Positions 56,914 through 64,000 of a DNA stretch of 64,000 nucleotides are shown one piece after another (position 1 is the stretch's first letter; each line of letters begins with the position of its first letter). This DNA comes from an uncultured Planctomycetia bacterium. GTDB taxonomy: Bacteria; Omnitrophota; Gorgyraeia; Duberdicusellales; Duberdicusellaceae. Both the position numbers and the translations under genes were made by a program. The notes beneath the pieces were generated by a model, which saw only the letters and a list, made by a program, of their open reading frames with translations, was not told the origin of the DNA and did not search any database. The stretch spans positions 16,203 to 80,202 of the forward strand of contig CAZWJT010000001.1 of assembly GCA_964634935.1 (NCBI GenBank). Reading direction: 5' to 3'.

Positions 56914-58461
56914 CTATTCCCTGCGAGGAAAAAGCGGATTCCCTTTCTGTATTTTCCAAAGACGCCGGGTATCCCAAGTAACTAAGGAACAGAGGGAATT
57001 CTTCTGTGGATCAAGTTCAGGAACAATCCCAAGTTGATGCTGAATCTCCCGGGCAGTTCCGGGAATGAACGGATAAAGATAAACGCTGACAATGCGGATT
57101 GTTTCAAGAAGAGCGTAGAGAAAACCGGAAAGCTTCCGAAGATCCCCCCCCCTCAAAAGAAGCCATGGTTTTTCTTCTTCAATAGATCTATTGGCGCGAC
57201 CAATCAAAGCAAAAACTGATTCAAGAGCTTTAAAAAAATGAACTCCTTCCATAGCGACAACATAGTTCTCATATGTTTGATCGGCCTGCTGTCGCAGATA
57301 AAGAAACAGGCCATCGACAAACTCCGGACTCTGACCCTGCAAGTATTTTTCGGTCATACTCAAAACACGAAAAACAAGATTCCCTAAATCGTTCGCAAGG
57401 TCGCTGTTGATTCTTTTTAGAAATCCCGCACGGGAAAATGTCCCGTCAGTGCCAAAAGGCACTTCGCGTAGCAGAAAGAAACGAAGAGAATCACAACCGA
57501 ATTCTCTGATAATCTCTCCTGGGTCAACCACATTGCCCAATGATTTCGACATCTTTTGGGATACATCCCCCGCCTCAGCCAGCCACCAGCCATGGGCAAA
57601 TACCGTTTTGGGTAATTCCATATCCAAGGCTTTTAGAATAATAGGCCAGTACACTGTATGCTGACGAATAATATCTTTCCCCACGCAGTGCAACGATGCC
57701 GGCCAGAAGGTTTTTAACTTTTCCTTGTCAGAAGAAAATCCAACAGCACTAATATAATTCAGGAGCGCATCGAACCAGACATAGGTAACGTAATTCTTGT
57801 CAAAAGGAATCTCAATACCCCAGGATAACCGTTCCTTCGGACGACTTATGCAGAGATCAGAAAGCGTATTATTCTTCAGAAAACTAACAACTTCATTGAA
57901 ACGGGTTCTCGGCTGGATAAACAAAGGGTGCTCCTGCATATAAGTTAACAACCAAGATTGATATTGAGCCATCCGGAAAAAGTAGTTCTGTTCCTGTATG
58001 CGTTCAAGTGGTCTCTTACAATCAGGGCATAGCTGGCCGTCTTTCAATTGAGATTCAATCCAAAATAATTCACAAGGAACACAATACCATCCCGAATAGG
58101 AAGAAAGATAAATATCGCCTTTTTGATATAATACTTCCAGTGCTTTCTGCACACTTTCCATATGGCGGGTTTCGGTAGTACGAATAAAATCCGTATATTC
58201 AATATTCAGATCTTTCCAAAGCTGTTTAAAGTTATCGACAATCCCATCGATAAAATCCATAATAGCAAGATTTTTTTCTTCAGCTGCCTTGGCTATCTTT
58301 CTGCCATGCTCATCCGTCCCGGTTAGAAAGTAAACCTTTTTTCCCTGAAGCGCCTGATAGCGGGATAGCGTGTCCATCGCAACATTGGTATAAGCATGTC
58401 CGATATGAGGCGAAGAATTCACGTAATAGAGCGGAGTGGTGACGTAAAAAGTTGATTCCAT
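56914..58461 (-). CDS. metG: methionyl-tRNA synthetase (short form)
   Basis: HIGH (SPHIGHAYT), KMSKS (KMSKSLGN), and the zinc knuckle CVPCE...CPDCK. Confidence 0.9.
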   Translation of the reverse strand: MESTFYVTTPLYYVNSSPHIGHAYTNVAMDTLSRYQALQGKKVYFLTGTDEHGRKIAKAAEEKNLAIMDFIDGIVDNFKQLWKDLNIEYTDFIRTTETRHMESVQKALEVLYQKGDIYLSSYSGWYCVPCELFWIESQLKDGQLCPDCKRPLERIQEQNYFFRMAQYQSWLLTYMQEHPLFIQPRTRFNEVVSFLKNNTLSDLCISRPKERLSWGIEIPFDKNYVTYVWFDALLNYISAVGFSSDKEKLKTFWPASLHCVGKDIIRQHTVYWPIILKALDMELPKTVFAHGWWLAEAGDVSQKMSKSLGNVVDPGEIIREFGCDSLRFFLLREVPFGTDGTFSRAGFLKRINSDLANDLGNLVFRVLSMTEKYLQGQSPEFVDGLFLYLRQQADQTYENYVVAMEGVHFFKALESVFALIGRANRSIEEEKPWLLLRGGDLRKLSGFLYALLETIRIVSVYLYPFIPGTAREIQHQLGIVPELDPQKNSLCSLVTWDTRRLWKIQKGNPLFPRRE

Positions 58462-58515
58462 TGAATACGGATTTTATGTTACCCAGTCAGTCAGTCTTCG
58501 AAGATGCTCGCTCGC

Positions 58516-59298
58516 CTAATACTTTACCTTGACCACTTTTTTATCTTCGGTTTCAGCGCGCACTTCTCGCTTTAAGCTATTTACCTCAAGGACTCTCGCC
58601 TTCCCTTCTGGAGTAGTAATCCACTGTCCTTCTCGAGGAAGATGCTTATTACATTCGACATAATTCTGGTATTCATATCCTAAACAACAGAGAAGCCGAC
58701 CGCAGATTCCTGAAATCTTGGTAGGATTTAACGAAAGCCTCTGTTCTTTAGCCATCTTGATGGAAACAGCGTCAAAATTGCGCAGGTATGTTGCACAGCA
58801 AAGTGATTTACCGCACGGACCAACACCGCCAAAAATTCTTGCTTCATCCCGCACTCCTACCCGGCGCATTTCAATACGCACTTTGAATATTTTTGCCAAT
58901 TCTTTGACTAATTCACGAAAATCAACTCGGTCTTCAGAGGTAAAATAAAAAAGGATCTTGGTATTGTCAAAGGAGTATTCGGTCTCGACCAATTTCATAG
59001 GAAGCTTGAATTCTTCGATTTTGCGGGAACAAATCCGGGAAGCACGCCTCGCTTTTCCTCTGTTATTTTCCACCTGAGCCACATCCTCAGGGGTCATTTT
59101 ACGGACAATTCTTCTCAAAGACTTCTCGTCCGCAATACCTTGAGCCATACCTCTTGGTTCAGCAACCACTTGCCCGTAGTCGAGCCCGCGTTCAGCTTCA
59201 ACAATAACATTGTCTCCGACTAAAATATCCTCTAAAGAACACAGGTAGTTACCAACCAAACCTGCTTCACGGAGTTTCACAGTAATAATTGCGCTCAT
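58516..59298 (-). CDS. ricT: PSP1 C-terminal domain protein (RicT/YaaT-like)
   Basis: Conserved PSP1 block (KILFYFTSEDRVDFRELV...GVGPCGKSLCCATYL...CGRLLCCLGYE). 260 aa. Confidence 0.8.
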   Translation of the reverse strand: MSAIITVKLREAGLVGNYLCSLEDILVGDNVIVEAERGLDYGQVVAEPRGMAQGIADEKSLRRIVRKMTPEDVAQVENNRGKARRASRICSRKIEEFKLPMKLVETEYSFDNTKILFYFTSEDRVDFRELVKELAKIFKVRIEMRRVGVRDEARIFGGVGPCGKSLCCATYLRNFDAVSIKMAKEQRLSLNPTKISGICGRLLCCLGYEYQNYVECNKHLPREGQWITTPEGKARVLEVNSLKREVRAETEDKKVVKVKY

Positions 59299-60236
59299 AG
59301 ATTTTCTCGTATCATCATGCCCATCAAATTGCTGTTTGCCGTCTCAACCCCATCGTACAGCACACTTATCTTCTCAAAAGCCCGCAAAAGCTGTTGTACT
59401 GTCTTCTTTTGTTGATAGGCGCGTATTATCTCACATCTATCCTTATTTATCAATAGATCGTCGTACCCTAACTTCACGATCAGGCAATCGCGTAAAAAAG
59501 CACTAACCAGGTTTATTTTTTCTTTGAATTCCTGGCGGGTAGATTTTTCTAAGAAAAAACCGGAAAGACCATTCTGACAATCATGTCCGGTAAAAGATTG
59601 AAAGAAATAGTCTCTCTGGTCACTCGGTGATTCCAAAAAATTCTTCAGCTGTCCGAAACGACCCTCGTAGTAGTTCAGAGCTGCTTCATACCCATCCTCT
59701 GTTCCACAGGAAGCACGATGTTTCCCTAAGTGCCCTTCTATTGCTTGAGCATCAGGAAAGATCCAAAGTGTTGCCGCTCGGGAACGAACAGTATTGGCAA
59801 TTAAAGAAATACGGTGAGTAATAAGAACAATCACGCTCCTGCCGGGAGGTTCCTCTTGGAGTTTCAGAAAAGCGTTTGCCGCTTCGGAAGTCATCGTATG
59901 AGCGTTATCAATCAGCAAAACTTTCCATTCTCCGATTCCCGCAAGAAACATCTTACGCTGCGCTTCTCGGACATCATCTATCGCAATAATCCTTTTACCT
60001 TTGATTTCTACAACATCCAAATACCGGCCTTCCTCAATCTCCAAACATGTTTCACACTCTCCGCACCCTGAACCATTTTGACAATTCAACATCTTGGCAA
60101 GATGTTTGGCAAGCAAAAACTTCCCGGTGCTTTCCGGGCCGATGAATAAATAAGAATGTCCCAGCCGCCCTGAAGCTTTGCAGCGCTCCAGGTATGTAAT
60201 GTATCTATCTAAACCGATAATTTGTGTTTTTTCCAT
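59295..60236 (-). CDS. holB: DNA polymerase III delta' subunit
   Basis: HSYLFIGPESTGK Walker-like box and the zinc module C-x-x-C-x-x-C (CGECETC). Confidence 0.8.
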   Translation of the reverse strand: MEKTQIIGLDRYITYLERCKASGRLGHSYLFIGPESTGKFLLAKHLAKMLNCQNGSGCGECETCLEIEEGRYLDVVEIKGKRIIAIDDVREAQRKMFLAGIGEWKVLLIDNAHTMTSEAANAFLKLQEEPPGRSVIVLITHRISLIANTVRSRAATLWIFPDAQAIEGHLGKHRASCGTEDGYEAALNYYEGRFGQLKNFLESPSDQRDYFFQSFTGHDCQNGLSGFFLEKSTRQEFKEKINLVSAFLRDCLIVKLGYDDLLINKDRCEIIRAYQQKKTVQQLLRAFEKISVLYDGVETANSNLMGMMIRENL

Positions 60237-60835
60237 CGCTGAATAAAAATATCGCGGAGTACAACAAAGGCTTCTTCCTTACCGAGTGGCCGGATGTAAA
60301 AAATACGTTTAGGATCCGCCTTGCAAATTGTATGATATGCCTGACGAATTTGTTCATGGAATACTAATGGACGACTTTCCATGCGATCTTTCTCCTGGAT
60401 TCTCCCTAAGGCAACCCTGGGTTGAGCATCGAGAAAAAAAGTAAGATGGGGAATAATCCCAAAAGAAAAGAAACGGATTAAAGATTGAACCCGGGGCACA
60501 GACAATCCTGAAGCGTACCCCTGATAAGCAAGAGTTGAATCAAAAAACCGGTCGCACAACACAACCTCATACTGTGCCAGTGCCGGCTTCAATCGTTCAT
60601 GAATGAGTTGGGAGCGGGCCGCAAGATACAATAACAATTCAGTCCAGATGTTCATTTGAACGTTGCGTTTGTCAAGAAGAATGGAGCGAATCTTTTCTCC
60701 GATAACCGTTGACCCAGGGTCACGGAAAACTTTGACTGAAACTTTTTGCTCCTGGAGAAATTTTGTAAGTAAGGCCATCTGCGTGCTTTTGCCGCTTCCC
60801 TCTAAGCCTTCAAAAGTAACCAAAAAACTCTTCAT
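60209..60835 (-). CDS. tmk: thymidylate kinase
   Basis: FLVTFEGLEGSGKST P-loop and DRF..S.AYQG motif. Start chosen at MKSF, forming an ATGA overlap with the cysS stop. Confidence 0.85.
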   Translation of the reverse strand: MKSFLVTFEGLEGSGKSTQMALLTKFLQEQKVSVKVFRDPGSTVIGEKIRSILLDKRNVQMNIWTELLLYLAARSQLIHERLKPALAQYEVVLCDRFFDSTLAYQGYASGLSVPRVQSLIRFFSFGIIPHLTFFLDAQPRVALGRIQEKDRMESRPLVFHEQIRQAYHTICKADPKRIFYIRPLGKEEAFVVLRDIFIQRWKKHKLSV

Positions 60836-62247
60836 GCTTTTCTTCGCCATCTACTTCCTTCCTTTGTATCTTCGACGATAATTCCTTGAGCAAGCAATTC
60901 ACTGCGGATTTTATCGGCTTGAACAAAATCCTTGTTTTGTTTGCAAACAATGCGCCGCTGTATCAATTCTTCAATCATAGATTCATCAACAGTGCGCTCG
61001 CTTTTCTGGGATGAAAAAATACCCAAGATTTCCATCAATTCATTGAGAAGAATTCTCGCTGAAACAAAATCCTCAGAAGAAAAAAAAGATTGTCCACCGT
61101 CAAACATCTTATTGCAAAAACCAATGAACTCAAAAAACGCTGAAAGGGCACGAGGAGTGTTAAAATCATCATCAAGATACTTCAGAAATCTTTCTTTATA
61201 AGACAAAAACTCGTCGCTCTGCAAGGTAGAATCCGAACTGCTCTCTGCGCGCAAACGAGTATGCATCTCCAGTCGATCCTTGAGACTGCAGATACGCTCA
61301 TAAGCCTTCTTTGCTTCATCGAGTTTCTGCCAAGAAAAATCTACTGGCTGGGAATAGTGGGCATTCAGGTAAAAAAGCTTAAGGGCAGCTGCCGGAAAAC
61401 GCGTAAGCACATCCTGGATTGTAATAAAATTTCCTAACGATTTCGCCATCTTCTGGCCCTGAATCGTCAAAAGACCATGGTGTATCCAATACCGAGAAAA
61501 CTGTTTTCCACTTTTGGCTTCGGATTGGGCAATTTCATTCTCATGGTGCGGGAATAATAAATCTCTCCCACCAGCATGAATCGTCAGGGTATCAGTATTG
61601 AGAAATTTCTGACTCATAACCGAACATTCAATGTGCCAACCAGGGCGCCCTCTTCCCCAAGGACTCTCCCAGAATGGCTCCGAAGGCTTCGATATCTTCC
61701 AGAGAGCAAAATCAAGAGGATCGTCTTTTGTTTCATCTGGCTCCTTGCGGACTCCTGCCTTCATCTCATCAATGCTCTGGCCAGAAAGCTTTCCATATCC
61801 CGGAAATTTCCGCACACTGAAATAAACCCCGCTCTGCGTTGCATACGCATAACCCTTTTGAATCAACGCTTCGATAAAACGTATAATATCTGGCACGGCT
61901 TCTGTCGCCCGCGGTTCTTGATCGGCTTTCGCAATGCCGAGACTAGCAAGATCAGCATAGTATTTTCCAATATATTCTTCAGTAAGAACACGCCAATCAA
62001 TATCGCGTTCCTCAGCTCGGCGGATTATTTTATCATCAATGTCGGTAATATTCCGGACAAACTCAACTTTAAACCCACGATAGAGCAGATAACGTCGAAT
62101 AAGGTCAAATATGTATAAACTCCGGGCGTGGCCAATATGGCAAACATCGTACACGGTAACCCCACACGTATACATCTTTATTGTATCGCCAGGACGCAAT
62201 AAAAATTCTTCTTTGCGCTGAGAAAGAGAATTGTAGACTTTAATCAT
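60832..62247 (-). CDS. cysS: cysteinyl-tRNA synthetase
   Basis: CGVTVYDVCHIGHAR (HIGH with the Zn-binding Cys) and KMAKSLGN (KMSKS). Confidence 0.9.
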   Translation of the reverse strand: MIKVYNSLSQRKEEFLLRPGDTIKMYTCGVTVYDVCHIGHARSLYIFDLIRRYLLYRGFKVEFVRNITDIDDKIIRRAEERDIDWRVLTEEYIGKYYADLASLGIAKADQEPRATEAVPDIIRFIEALIQKGYAYATQSGVYFSVRKFPGYGKLSGQSIDEMKAGVRKEPDETKDDPLDFALWKISKPSEPFWESPWGRGRPGWHIECSVMSQKFLNTDTLTIHAGGRDLLFPHHENEIAQSEAKSGKQFSRYWIHHGLLTIQGQKMAKSLGNFITIQDVLTRFPAAALKLFYLNAHYSQPVDFSWQKLDEAKKAYERICSLKDRLEMHTRLRAESSSDSTLQSDEFLSYKERFLKYLDDDFNTPRALSAFFEFIGFCNKMFDGGQSFFSSEDFVSARILLNELMEILGIFSSQKSERTVDESMIEELIQRRIVCKQNKDFVQADKIRSELLAQGIIVEDTKEGSRWRRKA

Positions 62248-62318
62248 AGAGGAAAAATTTGAAGGTTATTATATCACGCCATTTCTACAATGAAACACCT
62301 TCTCTGTAAGGAACGCCG

Positions 62319-63002
62319 TTAGCTTTTACTCTTCCGGAGCGAACCTAGCAACGCCAGATCTTCTGGAAACGTAACCTTGATATTATGAAACTCACCCTCA
62401 ACGGCCTTTACCTTAATTTTTTTCTCAACCAACATTGCATCATCATAAACAAGATGACGATTCTGCAGACGCAGCATATCAAGGACGCATTTCTTTCGAA
62501 AACCCTGAGGCGTTTGAACACTTCGTAGTGAATCTCTGGGAAGTGTACGAAGAACAAAACCATGTTTATCGACGAGTTTCACGGTATCGCGTAGACTGAC
62601 AACGGGAACAACCGCCTGATAGTAATGCAAAGCGCTCATCACCCGGTCTATCAAAAAAGAAGTGACAAACGGCCGGGCGGCATCATGAATGAGTACAGCT
62701 GAAGTCGCTGGATCAAGAACTGTTAAGCCTGCACGCACGGAATCAAACCGCTCCTTCCCTCCAACCACAATAGCATTAATTTTTCTCCAGCGCTTTTTTG
62801 TGAATAGCGTGCGGGCCAAAACAAAGTCTTTCTGAGAAACTACCAAAACTATCCCTTGAACCCTGGGATGTTTTTCAAAAACATCCAGGGAAAATTCCAC
62901 AAGAAATTTTCCTCTCACCGGGATAAAAGCTTTGGAAGCCTTTGTACCAAGCCGTGTCCCTCTCCCGGCGGCAACAATCACCGCCTCCGTTCGCAGCTGC
63001 AT
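62319..63002 (-). CDS. ispD: 2-C-methyl-D-erythritol 4-phosphate cytidylyltransferase
   Basis: AVIVAAGRGTRLG...KAFIPV glycine-rich CTP-binding loop. Start chosen at MQLRTEA, which gives a TGATG one-base overlap with the yacL stop. The track ORF extends to 63089. Confidence 0.85.
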   Translation of the reverse strand: MQLRTEAVIVAAGRGTRLGTKASKAFIPVRGKFLVEFSLDVFEKHPRVQGIVLVVSQKDFVLARTLFTKKRWRKINAIVVGGKERFDSVRAGLTVLDPATSAVLIHDAARPFVTSFLIDRVMSALHYYQAVVPVVSLRDTVKLVDKHGFVLRTLPRDSLRSVQTPQGFRKKCVLDMLRLQNRHLVYDDAMLVEKKIKVKAVEGEFHNIKVTFPEDLALLGSLRKSKS

Positions 63003-63979
63003 CAGATAAGCTTGGTAAAAATAATTCTTCCGCTCGGACCCTGAAGAATTGAAGTAACTTCGACTTTCACTGTTTTCCCGATAAGCCAACGCGAATTTTC
63101 AACAACGACCATAGTACCATCTTCAAGATATCCAACAGCCTGATTGTATTCCTTACCCTCCCGAACAAGCTTCAACGAGAACTTTTCTCCCGGAAGCAAC
63201 ACCGGCTTTAAAGCCTCGGTCAACTGATTGATATTAAGCACCTTTATCCCCTCAAGTTCAGCAACCCGATTCAAATTGTAATCGGTGGTCAGCAATTTTG
63301 CATCTAAAAGCTGGGCGAGTCGCACCAGCTTTGCGTCATTATCCAAATTTCCTTCTGGTTCTTGGTCATGAATCTTTAAATTGGCGTGCGGCAATGTCTG
63401 CATCTCTTTTAAAATATCCAATCCGCGCTGCCCCCTTTGCCGCTTAATCGGGTCTGTGGAATCGGAAATGGTCTGCAGCTCCTTGAGGATAAAGCGGGGA
63501 ATATAGAGATGCGCTTCGATAAATCCTGTTTTAATAATATCGATGATACGGCCATCAATAATAACGCTTGTATCCACAAGCACAATGTCGGTAGTTTCTT
63601 TCTGGCTCTTAAAACGAATATAGGGAATCACAAGGTGAAACTCGTCTTTACCCTTCATACCGAGAATAAGACCAACATAGGCGAAAATAAGAGTTAGAAT
63701 AGTCCGAACCGTTGGCAGAACTTCACCGGAAAATGGAACAAGACTGACGACATCACCAATGAGCTTTGCCAAAAACAAACCAAGCAACACGCCAAAAACA
63801 CTGCTTGAAAGACCTCGCAGTGAAATGCGGTGAGTTACTGCTTCAAAAAATACAACAAAAAGGGAAACGAAAACAGCAACCACCGCTCCCAGATATGGAT
63901 TATCGAAAGTTACTCCGGTATGCCAGCCAACAAGAGCGAAAATAATGATGAATAAAATACGGATAAACCACAACCCCAT
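63002..63979 (-). CDS. yacL: PIN/TRAM-domain membrane-associated protein (YacL-like)
   Basis: N-terminal TM helices, PIN block IVLVDTSVIIDGRI, and a C-terminal TRAM-like beta domain. GGGAGG ribosome-binding site. Confidence 0.75.
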   Translation of the reverse strand: MGLWFIRILFIIIFALVGWHTGVTFDNPYLGAVVAVFVSLFVVFFEAVTHRISLRGLSSSVFGVLLGLFLAKLIGDVVSLVPFSGEVLPTVRTILTLIFAYVGLILGMKGKDEFHLVIPYIRFKSQKETTDIVLVDTSVIIDGRIIDIIKTGFIEAHLYIPRFILKELQTISDSTDPIKRQRGQRGLDILKEMQTLPHANLKIHDQEPEGNLDNDAKLVRLAQLLDAKLLTTDYNLNRVAELEGIKVLNINQLTEALKPVLLPGEKFSLKLVREGKEYNQAVGYLEDGTMVVVENSRWLIGKTVKVEVTSILQGPSGRIIFTKLI

Positions 63980-64000
63980 ACATCCTCCCTTTTTTAAATT

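Noticed and set aside
58484-58496. (CAGT)3 microsatellite in the metG-ricT spacer
   Set aside because: Only three units. No evidence of function. Trivial.
61576-62118. 180-aa plus-strand ORF
   Set aside because: Antisense to cysS, which has HIGH and KMSKS motifs. No motifs or ribosome-binding site of its own.

Overview
This is a bacterial chromosomal segment, probably from an anaerobe. It carries desulforedoxin, NfnAB-type oxidoreductase, TreT, ACR3 and a short cobalamin-dependent MetH. I place about 65 protein-coding genes here, and all of them are on the minus strand. Genes are tightly packed, often with 1-30 nt overlaps, so much of the window looks like long co-directional operons. I found no rRNA, tRNA, CRISPR array, transposase or integrase.

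In window order the content is:
- 0.7-5.3 kb: an atypical arsenic-detox operon (DUF134 regulator, ArsP-like permease, two thioredoxin-like proteins, CcdA, ACR3, ArsC). It sits behind a near-consensus promoter flanked by palindromic operator candidates.
- 5.3-7.9 kb: a large PEP/pyruvate-binding (PPDK_N) protein.
- 8.1-11.8 kb: gdhA followed by nfnAB-like genes.
- 12-16 kb: uvdE, small membrane proteins, mscL and a short MscS-family gene.
- 16-22.7 kb: an osmoadaptation island with treT, otsB, a sensor/HAMP::OtsA fusion and another MscS gene.
- 22.9-26 kb: metal-homeostasis genes (YceI, an unannotated 42-aa desulforedoxin, ZIP, YbjQ).
- 26.2-28.8 kb: a B12-binding radical SAM protein, a methyltransferase and a GIY-YIG protein.
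- 28.9-34.1 kb: a four-gene signalling operon (dCache/HAMP kinase, Cys-rich protein, PAS protein, GspE/PilB ATPase fused to a receiver domain).
- 34.1-35.6 kb: a PurF paralog whose catalytic Cys1 is replaced by Ser.
- 35.6-41.4 kb: four exported proteins of unknown function around a radical SAM/SPASM maturase that has no canonical start codon.
- 41.6-64 kb: housekeeping genes (dinB, split metH plus activation domain, truD, multi-PAS kinase, corA, tatD, metG, ricT, holB, tmk, cysS, ispD, yacL).

All functional calls come from reading motifs in the translated ORFs. No database search was run.
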